Positions 26,425 to 39,935 of a DNA stretch of 64,000 nucleotides are shown here, one piece after another. The stretch spans positions 6,510,001-6,574,000 of the forward strand of contig NC_086098.1 in the NCBI RefSeq assembly GCF_963921235.1, in the 5' to 3' direction. This DNA is from Mobula hypostoma. Lineage: Eukaryota. The translations under genes and the position numbers were made by a program. Position 1 is the first letter of the stretch, and each line of letters starts with the position of its first letter. The notes under the pieces are model-generated. The model saw only the letters and a program-made list of their open reading frames with translations, made no database searches and was not told the DNA's origin.

Positions 26425-27985
26425 CAGGTGTCCCCCGCTTTTCGAACGTTCGCTTTGCAAAACCTCACTGTTACGAAAGACCTACATTATTACCCTATTT
26501 TCACTTTCAGAAGGTGTTTTCACTGTTACAGAAAAAAAATTCAGCGTGCGATAAAAGGCAGTGCGCCCCAAGCAGCCGCTCTCCCCCTGATTCTGGCCGG
26601 CATTGCTTTAACACGTTGCATTGAGCAGCCGTTTGCAAGATGAGTTCTGTGGTATCGGAAAAGCCTGAAAGAGCTCGTAAGGGTGTTACACTTACTGTAA
26701 AACTAGACATGATTAAGCGTTTTGATCGTGGTGAACGAAGTAAGGACAAGGTGAGTTTGGCTTGTGGAAGCTGACGAAGGTGATGTTGCAGAGTTTCTGG
26801 CATCCCATCACCAAGAACTGACGGGTGAAGAGCTGATGCAATTGGAAGAAAAAAGGATAACAATCGAAACCGAATGAGTAATGATAAAATACGACTTTAA
26901 TTTTGAAAGGGTACATCGGTTTAGGGGGTATTTGCAGGATGGTTTGAGTCCTTATTAAAGAACTGTGTGATAGAAAAATACGCGAGGCTCAGCAGTCAAG
27001 CAAGCCTTCCACATCAGCCACAGCAGACGACGAACCTCGACCTTCGACATCGAGGCGGATAGTCATGGGAGAAGATGAGCTACCTGCTCTAATGGAAACA
27101 GGCGACAAGATGACACCCCAATGTCCCACCACTCCAACCCCCAGGCCACAGACAGATACCGATTCGCGGAGATTGCAAAGGTAGCCAGGAGGCACACAGC
27201 ATATCTTTAAGAAAAAAGCCGAAGTAAACATGCTAATTAATTAAGTGCCGCCGACACGTAATTGTCGACCCAGATCAGAGACGACACAATCGGAAATCGG
27301 CACTGATCTGGGCCAACAATTACGGGCGGCACCTAATTAATTAGTATGTTTGTTTCGGCTTTTTTCTTAAAGATGTGCCGTGTACCTCCCGGCTACTGCT
27401 GGACCCCTGCATTCTTCGCTGCAATGTATCGCTCAGCGGCCTGGAGGGTGGGGGCCGCTGCACCACCCAAACTCTGACGACTCAGTCTAACACACCATCA
27501 TCTGTGTGCTAGGTGCTGTCCCGATTCTGGTAAGTGATACTATACTGTACATACGTTATTTCTACTTTATATCGGCTGTGTATTTTTACGTGTTATTTGG
27601 TATGATTTGGCAGCTTCATAGCTTAAAGGTTACTGGAGAGCACTTGCACCGTGTTTTTGCCAACAGCGCTCGCGTGAGATTTTCTGTTGACGGCGCTTGC
27701 GTGAGATTTTTGCTCCGGAGAACAGTTCAGTGATGATTGTGGAAAAGTATTTCTACTTTATATAGGCTGTGTATTTATCATATCATTCCTGCTTTTACTA
27801 TATGTTACTGTTATTTTAGGTTTTATGTGTTATTTGGCATGATTTGGTAGGTTATTTTTGGGTCTGTGAACGCTCACAAAATTTTCCCATATAAATAAAT
27901 GGTAATTGCTTCTTCGCTTTACGACATTTCGGCTTACGAACCGTTTCATAGGAACGCTCCACCTTCGGATGGCAGGGGAAACCTG
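26425..27985 (+). mobile_element. Tigger/pogo-family DNA transposon, internally deleted derivative with both ends
   Basis: TA target duplication (26423-24 and 27986-87). Imperfect TIRs CAGGTGTCCCCCGC / CAGGTTTCCCCTGC. ATG at 26640 gives MSSVVSEKPERARKGVTLTVKLDMIKRFDRGE (CENP-B-like N-terminus), joined to an acidic C-terminal remnant (..LASHHQELTGEELMQLEE). Confidence 0.88.
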
Positions 27986-28004
27986 TATAATAATCATGGC
28001 TCTG

Positions 28005-28400
28005 TCTGTCTAAGTAGACAATGGATGCACCTGGTTCCAGGGAACAGACTTGGGCGATAAATATGGAGATCCTGGGCTGCCCAGACATCAAGATCCCCCT
28101 CTCGGCCTCGCGGATGTGGTCTAAAGGAATGCGAAGCAGTACATTTGGCATCCGCTTGGCTGCAGGAGCTGCCGGGAGGTGACGTGATATGCTATCCAAC
28201 CACCTTAGGGGCTCCACTCCGGATTTGTGTAGGGTTTACTCCTTAGCCTTCTCTTCTCCTGAAGATACCCACAAGGCAGTGGGATCCGTAACCTTGGATA
28301 GGGGCCCATTCCGGGTACTGTCAGCCGGAGCCAGCTGAGCCCAGGACTCGTGTAGGGCAGGGTCGTCACCCCCTCTAGTAGTGACATATGGAGCCACTAC
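28005..28400. mobile_element. Probable RTE-related non-autonomous repeat
   Basis: GC-rich block unlike its flanks and resembling RTE-associated short elements. Based on pattern recognition only. Confidence 0.3.
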
Positions 28401-31254
28401 CAGGTCGTATTATTATATCCAGACAGTTATTATAGATTGTCCTGTCTATAATAATGGATAAGTCGTAATGTAATTTGTGGAATTCTGAAGGTAAAACTGG
28501 ATCAGACTTGTATTTACAGTGAGGTATGGTGTCATTTATGAGTTTGTATTTTAAAACAAGATTTTGGTGAATGATGTTTAACACTTGATTGTGCCTGTGA
28601 AAGTAATCAGATTGTGTTAAACTTCTGCGGGATCCTGTAATGTGTTGGATTGTTTCTGGTTTCTCTTAGCATTTTCTGCATCTATCATCTTGATTTTTTT
28701 CATCTTTTATTAAGTGTTTTTGATACTTATTTTTGTTACTTGCCTGGTTCTGTATTGCCACAAGGAACCCTTCTGTTTCTGGGAAGAAATCGCCAACTCT
28801 GAGCCGGGTGTTCGACACTTCCTTATTATTATTTCTATGTTTTTCTTTCTTTTTATATTTCCGCAGTTTGTTGACTTTTGCACACTGTTTGTCCGACCTG
28901 TTGTGTGGTCTTTCATTGATTCCCTTATGGTTATTGGATTTATTGAGTATGCCCGCAAGTAAATGAATCCCAGGGTAATACTTGGTGACATATAAGTAAA
29001 TTTACTTTGAACGCTGAACTAATTCAGCATGCACAAGCCTCATGGCAGGCAGGTTGCAGGATGTTTGATACCATTTCGCCGAGTAAAGCTGCCATTGTGC
29101 ATTCATCAAAGCGATGAGGGGGATTGAAACCACAAGCTGATTGCAGAGATTTGGAGATTATTTGAGTGTTCCAATTCTCTGCAGTCTCTGGGAGACGGAA
29201 GCAGCATGTCAGAACCTCATGGTAAGTTGGCTGCATGACAGGGCACAAGCTGATATTTAACTCTGTTTCACCAATTAAAGCTTCTATTGTGCGCCGATTA
29301 CAGCGACGAGGGAGACTGAAACATCAAGAGAAATGCAGAATGCGGAAGGTGGTTCCTCTGCTACAGGAAAGGGGAGAGCCCGCCGCTGTGCCTGGGGAAT
29401 GTTACCCAGGTTTTCTGTGTTTTGGATATGGACTTGGTCTATAGACTCTTTCAGTCTTATAGTTTTTTTATATTATGTGTTTTTTGCCTGATCTTCCTTG
29501 GTTTTTTTTGTGTGTGGAGGGGAATTTTTATGAGCTGCTGTGTCTGCTTGGTTTTTTGTTTTTTTGTGCAGGGAGGGGGATTTGGGGGTTGATGTGCCTA
29601 CTTCATTTCTGTTAATTTTTTTGTTCAGACATGTATACTTTGATAATAAATGAACCTTTGAATTTCTCCAATGGACAAAGGCATGGTAGATGGATAATAG
29701 TAGGGAATAAACTAGGGGATCAAGTTTTATAGCACAAAATTACAAGAATAGTTTTTTTTAAAACAGTAGATTGAAAGGTGTTCATGATCAGAAGGACCTG
29801 TTCATTAATCAGTAAAAGTAGTAATGCAGGGTCAGCAGATAATTAACAAGACAAATAAATGTTGATATTGTAAGAGGATATAAGCATAAGAGTAGAGATA
29901 CTTTGCACTAAATATACTATAGAGTCCTGGTAACACTGCTTTGGGAGCAACATGTACAGACCACCAAACTACAATCCTGACATTAATTTTCTTGTGGACA
30001 TTCACAAGAAAATAAGGACATACAAGAGAATTTATTAAATAAACTATACATAAATAAAAACAGACAAAAACAGAATGTGTAAAAGAAAACAAACAGATAG
30101 CCAGACAGATACATAAACACAAAATTCTCTGCAGATGCTTTTATATTCTAGTCAGAGGTAAAAAAACCTGATTCTGATTCTTTGCATATTTACTTGTTGC
30201 TTCCATACTTCAGTGTTAATAATTGCAATTGTATTTGTCACTATAATTGTACAGTTATGGAAAACAATTTTGTTGCCACAAAGCTGAGATTTTAATCAAT
30301 TGCCTGTGTAAAATGTGGCATTTGATTCAAATTTTATTTAAATCAGAGACTTGACAAATCTTGTCCTGCCTTACTTCCCTATTAATAAAGCCAAGACTTA
30401 GAATATAAAAATGGCTTCTAATAGTTAACATTTCAGTGTGAGATGGACAGTGAAATGGTAATGATAGAGTTGAAAATCTTCATTACTATGCAGGTTGACG
30501 TGAAAAGTACATCTATTGAAAGGTGGTGGTGAATTCTTAACTATCCAACACTGGTTTATGCAAATTAAGTTCAGTTTATGCTCAAAATCATGTTCAAGAT
30601 TGTTTAATGTCACTTCCAATACACAAGTATAACAGAGACAGAATCATTGTTACTCCAGATCCGATGCAGCACAATAAAGACACAATAAGAACACAATAAT
30701 GAAAAACATAATAAATATAAATACACAAGATAGCTTATATACATAAACACGAAAAGTCTGCAGGTGCTGACAATCCAAAGCAACACACACACACAACACT
30801 GGAGCAACTCAGCAGGTCAGGCAGCATCTCTGGAAATGAGTAAACAGTCGATGTTTCAGCCCAAGACCCTTCTTCAGCTTGGTGCAAGTGCATTTGAGTG
30901 CAGTTATGTGGACTGGTTCAAGAGTGTGGTGTGGGTCCTGGGTTCTTTGCTGGATGCTCATGATATTATCGATGATTTGACAGTGACAATCAGAAACCAG
31001 GAAGCTGTTCAGTTGATTGCCTTGTGGTTACCTTTCAAATGATGTTTTTTCATTGGAAGTTGATCGAATTGATTTTATCCATTTTACACAATCCCACAAA
31101 AATCAATGTTTGGCCCCTCCTGTGTTATTCTGAGTTGTGTAGCTGTGAGTAATTATTTTAAAAAGCTTGAGATCTCAGGTGAAATTTTCACATCTTAGAC
31201 ATTCAAAACTGTGGAAATTGTTGACATCTGTCTGTCTCATCCTTATGTACAACT

Positions 31255-34040
31255 AGACCATAAGACATGGGAGCTGAAATAGCCATTTGTCCCATCAAGT
31301 CTGCTCTGCCAATCAATCATGGCTGATCACTTTTTCCCCTCCTAAGCCCCACTCCCCAGCCTTCTCCCCATAAGCGTTGATGCCACGTCCAATCAAGAAG
31401 CTATAAAGCTCTACCTTAAAAACACCCAACAACCTGGCCTCCATAGGAGCCTGCAGTAACAAATTCAGCACCCTCTGCCTAAAGAAATTTCTCTGCATCT
31501 CTGTTTTGAAAGGGTGCTCCTCTATCCCTCTTGTCCTAGAGTCCCCCACCAGAGGAAACATCCTTTCCATACCTTCTCTGTCAAGGCCTTTCAATATTTG
31601 AAAAGTTTCAATGAGATCCCGCCTTATCCTTCTAAATTCCAGCAAGTACAGACCCAGAACTATCAAATGTTCCTCATATGATAACCCTTTCATTCTTCGA
31701 ATCATCCTTGTGAACCTCCTCTGAATCCTCTCCAATGGTAGTACATCTTTTCTTAGATGAGCCCAAAACTAATCACAATACTCAAGGTGAGGCCTCACCA
31801 GTGCTTTATAATCACATCCCTGTTCTTGTATTCAAGCCCTCTTGGAATAAATGCTAACATTGCATTTGCCTTCCTCACCTCCGACCCTACTTGTAAGTTA
31901 ACCTTTAGGGTGTTCTGCACAAGGACTCCCAAGTCCCTTTGCATCTTAAATTCTTGGAGTATCTCCCATTTTAGAAAATAATCTGCACATTTATTTCTAC
32001 TACCAAAATGCATGACCACGCATTTTCCAACATTGTATTTCATTTGCCACTCTCCTGCCCATTCTCCTAATCTGTCCAAGTCCTTCTGTATCCTCCTGTT
32101 TCCTCAACACTACCTGCCCTTCCACCAATCTTCATATCATCTGCACACTTGGCAACAAAGCCATCTATTCCATCATCTAAATCATTGACATACAGCATAA
32201 AAAGCGGTCCCAACACCGACCCCTGCAGAACACCACTAGTCACTGGCAGCCAAACAGAAAAGGATGATTTTGTTCCCACTCACTGCCTCCTACTAATCAG
32301 CCAATGCCCTAACCATGCAATCAACTTTCCTGTAATACCATGTCTTAAGTTAGTATGCAACCTCATGTGTGGCATCTTGTCAAAGACCTTCTGAAAGTCC
32401 AAATATACAACATCCACTGCCTCTCTTATCTTTCCTACTTGTAATCTCAAATAATTCCAACGTGTCTCTCAGGTAAGATTTTCTTTTCAGAAAACCATGC
32501 TGACTTTGTCGTATCTTGTCCTGTGTCACCAAGTACTCCATAAGCTCATCCTTAACATTTGACTCCAACATCTTCCCAACCACTGAGGTCAGGCTAACTG
32601 GTCTATAATTTCCTTTCTGCTGCCTTCCTCCTTTCTTGAAGAGTGGGGTGACATTTGCAATTTTCCAGTCCTCTGGCACTATGCCAGAGTCCAATGATTC
32701 TTGAAAGATGATTACTGATGCCTCCACAATCTCGACCACTACATCTTTCAGAATCCTAGAGTGCAGTTTATCTGGCCCGGTTGACTTTTGTGCCTTTAGG
32801 TCTTTCAGCTTTTTGAGCTCCTTCTCCCTTATAATAGAAACTGAACTCACTACTCTTCCCTCACACCCTTCAACACCTGGCACACTGTTAGTGTCTTCCA
32901 CAATGAATACTGATGCAAAATACACATTTAGTTCATCTGTCATCTTCTTGTCCCCTGTTATTATTTCTCTGGCCTTATTTTCTAAAGGACCTATATCCAT
33001 TCTCATCTCTGTTTTTACTTGGAAAAGTTTGTTCTATCCATCTTAATATTGTTTGCTAGCTTGCTTTCATATTTCATCTTTTCCCCCCAATGATTATTTT
33101 TGTTGTTCTCTAGAGGGTTTTAGAAGCTTCACAATCCTCCGTGTTCCTGCTAATATTTGCATTGTTTTATGCACTCTCTTTGCTTTTGCATTAGCTTTGA
33201 CTTTCCTTGTCAGCCATGGTTATACTGTTTTGCCATTTGAGTATTTCTTTGTTTTTGAAATATATCTATCCTGTACATTCCTCATTTTTCCCAGAAATTC
33301 ATGTCATTGCTACTCTGCTGTCATTTCTGCCAGCTTCCCCTTCCCCAATTTACTTTGGCCAACTCCTCTGTCATAACTCTGTAATGTCCTTTACTTCACT
33401 GAAATACTTCTATGTCAGATTTTACTTTCTCCCTATCAAATTTCAAGTTGAACTCAATCATATTGTGATCACTGTCTCCTAAGGTTTCCTTTACCGAAAG
33501 CTGCCTAATCACCTCCAGTTCATTACATAACACCCAATTCCGTACAGCTGATCCCCTGCTCGGCTCATTGACAAACTGCTCCAAAAAGCCATCAAATAGG
33601 CATTCTACAAATTCGCTCTCTCGAGATCAATTACTAACCTGATTTTCCTAATTGACCTGCATGTTGCAATATCCCATGATTATCATAGCATTGCCCTTTT
33701 GACATGCCTTTTCTATTTCCTGTTGTATTCTGCGGTCCACATCCCAGCTACTGTTGGGAGGCCTGTATATAACTGCCATCAGGGTTGTTTTACCCTTGCA
33801 GTTTCTTTATTCAACCCATAAGGATTCAACATTTTCCAACCCTATGTCACATCTTTCTACTGATTTGATACCATTCTTTACCAGCAGACTCACGCCAACC
33901 CCGTCTTGCTACCTACCTATCCCTCTGATACAACGCGTAACCTCGGACATTTAGCTCCCAACTACAACCATCTTCAGCCACCATTCAGTGATGGATACAA
34001 CATCATACCTGACAATCTGTAAATGTGCAGCAAGATGCTA
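31255..34040 (-). mobile_element. CR1 LINE ORF2 (APE plus RT), decayed
   Basis: [57 protein letters not shown]. (TCTTATGG) tail at 31257. Confidence 0.95.
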
Positions 34041-34109
34041 GTATGAGGGCAAACTAGCCAATAACGTAAAGCAGAATACCAGAAGCTTTTCAGTTACATA
34101 AAGAGTAAA

Positions 34110-34390
34110 TGGGTGCTCATCACCTCCCTCTGGTGTTCCTCCATCCTTTTCTTTCTTCCATAGCCTCCTGTCTCTTTTACCAATCAACTTCCCAGCTCTT
34201 TACTTCATCCTTCTCACTTCAGATTTCACCTATCACCTTGTCTTTCTCTTTCCCCTCCCCCCACCTTTTAAATCTACTCCTCAGCTATTTTCTCCAGTCC
34301 TGCCAAAGGGTTTTGGTCTAAAACATTGACTGTGCTCTTTTCCTAGATGCTGCCTGGTCTGCTGAGTTCCTCCAGCATTTTGTGTGTAAA
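34110..34390 (+). mobile_element. Penelope terminal-repeat fragment
   Basis: Aligns with 5160-5460. Confidence 0.75.
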
Positions 34391-35800
34391 GCTCTAACTG
34401 CTGTGTTTGGCCTCCTTACGTCACATTCAGTTTCAGTTCGCCTTTGGGGGACACTTTTTCCCGTGTAGTTCTTCAGCATCGCTGAGGTCTTCTGTAATGG
34501 TATTTCAGAAAACAGTCTGTTGTAATCAGCCTCTGGAATTATGGACAAACCTGACCCTATATCCAGCTCCATTTTCAGTTTTAAACCGGACACATTTATT
34601 GTGATCCAGGTGAATCAGATATACTATGCAGTTACATGCATGACAATCCATCTTGTCAGACTCTATGTTGTCTGAATCTGTTTTACATTTGATAACTTTA
34701 TGCATTTGCTTAGTTTTGTGTTTGAGACTTTTTACTTCGTTGTGCTTTTAGTCTGCCTTGCACACTCTATCTCTATGTGACCTTGTCTGTGACACTTTCT
34801 GCAGACTTTCTTTGAATCAACAGTCATTTGCATCATAGGAAGACTTGCCACATCGATAACATCTTTGGCTTTTTGCACCATTCAGGGACATTTTGTGCAT
34901 CTCACAGCCTAAACTCCCCCTCTGTAGTTCTGCTGTATCCTTTTCTCAAATGATATTGCAATGGCCAATGTCCATTCTAAGGTTAGGTCTCCTTCTGCCA
35001 GTAGCCTCATTTGATTCCATTGACCTTGCATGCCACATACAAGTCTGTTCTTTAATGCTTTAGAAAGTCCATCTCTAAAATCAAGGTACTGGGAAGGTTT
35101 GCGCAGTTCTGATATGTATCCAGAAATGTTTTCATCTTTTGACTGATTCTCTTAATAAAATCTAAATCTCTCAGCTAATACCAACGGTTTAGGGCTCAAG
35201 TGATTTTGTAAAATTGTAACAATTTCATCGAATATATTGCTTGCTGGCTTTTCAGCAGTTACTAGTTTTCGTAAGATACTGTACATTCTTGGGCCCATTA
35301 AGCTAAGAAGTGTTGCGACTCTCTTTTGCTCCTCCACATTGTTCGTGCTACAATATAGTTCTACCCTCTCGATATACGACTCCCAGCCTTCATTAGCGCT
35401 ATCATATTCATCCACTTTCTCAACTAAAGCCATCACAACATTATTTTTACTTTAAGTTCAGCGCATCTTTCACTGTTACTATGCACTGTACTCACATCTC
35501 TGTTAGTGTCTGTGACAGCCTTCTCAGTACTGTTTAACTCTCGCCGTTTCATCCTGTAATTGTGCCGTAACTGTCAGTGCAGTTCATGTATTCTCTGACA
35601 TTCAGGTTCATGCACGTCGCCAATTTGTTGTGTGTATGCACAACTACATACTAATTAAACAAAAGTTCGTACATGGGAGATGGTTTTAACATTGCAGTGA
35701 GAGAGCAAGAAAGAACAAAGCACATGTGTAGATAACAGATCATTATGTAATGCTAAGAGGGGGGGCGTGTCATTGCTATAAAAAAAGATCCATACATTAC
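34391..35800 (-). mobile_element. Gypsy LTR retrotransposon 5' part (partial LTR, PBS, gag, protease)
   Basis: PBS-like TGGCGACG at 35622-35615 next to an LTR end ..CAACA. gag WESYIERVELY...KPLVLAERFRF. Zinc-knuckle remnant CYRCGK near 34850. Protease MELDIGSGLSII. Confidence 0.85.
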
Positions 35801-35804
35801 AAAT

Positions 35805-38800
35805 ACTATAAGATAGAGGGCCATTTCATTATGGCTGATCCACTTTTCCTCTCAGCCCCAATCTCCTGCCTTTTCCCCGTACAAGACCATAAGACATAGG
35901 AGCATAATTAGGCCATCTGGCCCATTGAGTCTGCTCCACCATTCAATCATGGCTGATCCCTTTTTCTATCTCCTCCTCAACCCCAGTTCCTGGCCGCCTC
36001 CCCGTAACCTTTGATGCCATGTCCAATCAAGAACCTATCAATCTCTGCCTTAAATACACCCAATGACCTGGCCTACACAGTTACATGTGGCAACAAACTC
36101 CACAAATTCACCATTGGCTAAAGAAATTTCTCCGAATCACTGTTTTGAAAGGGTGCCCCTCTATCCTGAGGCTGTGCCCTCTTGTCCTAGACTCTCCCAC
36201 CATGGGAAACATCCTTTCCACATCTACTCTGTCTAGGCCTTTGAACATTCAAAAGGTTTCAATGAGATCCCCTCTCATCATTCTGAATTCCAGCGAGTAC
36301 AGACCCAGAGCCATCTAACGTTCCTCGTATGATAACCCTTTAATTCCCAGAATCATCCTTCTGAACCTCATCTGAGCCCTCGACAATGCCAGCACAGCTT
36401 TTCTAAGATGAAGGGCCCAAAACTGTTCACAATACTCAAGGTGAGGCCTCACCAATGCCTTATAAAACCTCAGCATCACATCCTTGCTTTTGTATTCTAG
36501 ACCTCTTGAAATGAATGCTAACATGGCATTTGCCTTCCTCACCACTGACTCAACCAGCAAGTTAACCTTTAGGGTGTTCTGCACAAGGACTCCCAAGTCC
36601 CTCTGCATCCCAGATTCCTGGATTTTCTCCCCATTTAGAAAATAGTCTGCACATTTATTTCTACTACCAAAGTGCATGACCATGCATTTTCCAATATTGT
36701 ATTTCATTATGGCAGGGGGATGGCAAAAGAGTAAACCAGGGAAGAGAGTGCACCCGTGGCTGACAAGGGAAATTAGGGATAGTATGAATTCCAAAGAAGA
36801 AACATACAAATTAGCCAGAGAAAGTGGCTCACCTGAGGACTGGGAGAAATTCAGAGTCCAGCAGAGGAGAACAAAGGGCTTAATTAGGAAGGGAAAAAAG
36901 ATTATGAGAGAAGCTGGCAGGGAACATAAAAATTGACTGTAGAAGCTTTTATAGATATGTGAAAAGATAAAGGTTGGTTGAGAGAAATGTAGGTCCCTTA
37001 CAGTCAGAAACAGGTGAATTGATCATGGGGAACAAGGACACGGTAGACCAATTGAATAACTACTTTGGTTCTGTCTTCACTAAGGAGGACATAAATAATC
37101 TTCCGGAAAGAGTAGGGGACCGTGGGTCTAATGAGATGGAGGAACTGAGGGAAATACATGTTAGTAGGGAAGTGATGTTAGGTAAATTGAAGGGATTAAA
37201 GGCAGATAAATCCCCAGGGCCAGATGGTCTGCATCCCAGAGTGCTTAAGGAAGTAGCCCAAGAAATAGCGGATGCATTAGTGATAATTTTTCAAAACTCT
37301 TTAGATTCTGGATTAGTACCTGAGGATTGGAGGGTGACTAATGTAACCCCACTTTTTAAAAAAAGGAGTGAGAGAGAAACCAAGGAATTATAGACCGGTT
37401 AGCTTGACATCGGTGGTGGGAAAATGCTAGAGTCAGTTATCAAAGATATGATAACAGCACATTTGGAAAACGGTGAAACCATCGGACAAAGTCAGCATGG
37501 ATCTGTGAAAGGAAAATCATGTCTGATGAACCTTACAGAATCTTTTGAGGATGCAACTAGTAGAGTGGATAGGGGAGAACCAGTGGATGTGGTATATTTG
37601 GATTTTCAAAAGGCTTCTGACAAGGTCCCACACAGGAGATTAGTGTGCAAACTTACAGCACACGGTATTGGGAGTAAGGTATTGATGTGGATAGAAAATT
37701 GGTTGGCAGACAGGAAGCAAAGAGTGGGAATAAATGGGATCTTTTCAGAATGGCAGGCAGTGACCAGTGGGGTACCGCAAGGCTCAGTGCTGGGACCCCA
37801 GTTCTTTACAATATATATTAATGACTTAGACGAAGGAATTAAATGCAGCATCTCCAAGTTTGCAGATGACACGAAGCTGGGCGGCAGTGTTAGCTGTGAG
37901 GAGGATGCTAAGAGGATGCAGGGTGACTTGGATAGGTTGGGTGAGTGGGCAAATTCATGGCAGATGCAAGTTAATGTGGATAAATGTGAGATTATCCACT
38001 TTGGTGGCAAGAACAGGAAAGCAGATTATTATCTGAATGGTGACCGATTAGGAAAAGGGGAGGTGCAATGAGATCTGGGTGTCATTATACACCAGTCATT
38101 GAAAGTGAGCATGCAGGTACAGCAGGTGGTGAAAAAGGCGAATGGTATGCTGGCATTTATAGCAAGAGGATTCGAATACAGGAGCAGGGAGGTTCTACTG
38201 CAGTTGTACAAGGCCTTGGTGAGACCACACCTGGAGTATTATGTGCAGTTTTGGTCCCCTAATCTGAGGAAAGACATTCTTGCCATAGAGGGAGTACAAA
38301 GAAGGTTCACCAGATTGATTCCTGGGATGGCAGCTCTTTCATATGATGAAAGACTGGATTGACTAGGCTTATACTCGTTGGAATTTAGAAGATTGAGGGG
38401 GGATCTCACTGAAATGTATAAAATTCTAAAGGGGTTGGACAAGCTAGATGCAGGAAGATTGTTCCCGATGTTGGGGAAGTCCAGAACGAGGGGTCACAGT
38501 TTGAGGACAAACAGGAAGCCTTTTAGGACCAAGATGAGGAAAAACTTCCTCACACAGAGAGTGGTGAGTCTGTGGAATTTTCTGCCACAGGAAACAGTTG
38601 AGGCCAGTTCATTGGCTATACTTAAGAGGGAGTTAGATATGGCCCTTGTGGCTAAAGGGATCAGGGGGTATGGGGAGAAGGCAGGTACAGGGTTCTGAGT
38701 TGGATGATCAGCCATGATCATACTGAATGGCGGTGCAGGCTTGAAGGGCCAAATGGCCTACTCCTGCACCTATTTTCTATGTTACTATGTTTCTATTTGC

Positions 38801-39935
38801 CACTTTCTTGCCCATTCTCCTAATCTGTCTAAATCCTTCTGCATCCGACCTGTTTCCTCAAAACTACCTGCCCCTCCACCAATCTTTGTATCATCCGCAA
38901 ACTTGGCAACAAATCCATCTATTCCATCATCTACATTTATATACAGCATAAAAAGAGGTCCCAACACCAACCCCTGCGGAACATCACTCATCACTAGCAG
39001 CCAACCAGAAAAGGATCCTTTTATTCCCACTCACACCCTCCTACCATTCAGCCAATGTTCTAACCATGTTAATAACTTTCCTGTAATACCATGGGTTCTT
39101 AACTTGGTAAGCAGTCTCATGTGTGGCACCTTATCAAAGGCCTTCTGAAAGTCCAAATACGCAACATCCACTGCATCCCCTTTATCTATCTAGCTTGCAA
39201 TCTCTTCAAAGAATTCCAACAGATTTATCAGGCAAGATTTTCCCTGACTTTGTACTATTTTGTCCTGTGTCACCAAGTACTTCATCACCTCATCCTTTAC
39301 AATTAACTCTAACACCTTCCCAGCCACTGAGGTCAGGCTAATTGGTCTATAATTTCCTTTCTGCTTCCTTCCTCCTTTCTTAAAGAGTGGAGCGACATCT
39401 GCAATTTTCTGGTCATCTGGCACCATGCCAGAGTCCAGTGATTTTTGAAAGATCATCACGAATGCCTCCACAATTTCTACCACTTCCTCTTTCATAACGC
39501 TAGGATGCAATTCATCTCATCTGGGTGACTTATGTACCCTTAGGTCTTTCAGCTTTTTGAGCATCTTCTCCCTTGTAATAGGAACTTAACTCATTTCGTT
39601 TCCCTCCTACCCTTCAACATCCAGCAAACTGCTAGTGGCGTCCACAGTGAGAACTGATGCAAATACTCATTTAGTTCATCTGTCATCTCCAGTCTCATTT
39701 TCTAGTGGTCTGATATCCACTCTCATCTCTCTTTTATTTCTTTACATACTTGGAAAATACTTTTACTATCCATTTTGATATCGCTGTTAGCTTGCTTTCA
39801 TATTTTTTTTTCTCTCCCAATGATACTCTCTGTAGGTTTTTAAAAGCTCTCCAGTCCTCTGCCTTCCATCTACTTTTTGCTTTGTTGTATGCCCTCTCTT
39901 TTGCTTTTACATTAGCTTTGACTTCCCTTGTCAGG
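35805..39935 (-). mobile_element. CR1 LINE (minus), interrupted by a plus-strand CR1
   Basis: ORFs 36315, 38785 and 39190 carry CR1 RT motifs (KFADDTKIGG, NYRPISLTSV). Host sequence attgtatttcatt...atttgccac is contiguous across the insert. Confidence 0.92.
36709..38794 (+). mobile_element. CR1 LINE (younger, 5'-truncated) nested in antisense CR1
   Basis: ORFs 36974, 37424, 38099 and 38378: KSPGPDGLHPRVLKE, GVPQGSVLGP, KFADDTKLGG. (TTTCTATG) tail. Confidence 0.95.
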
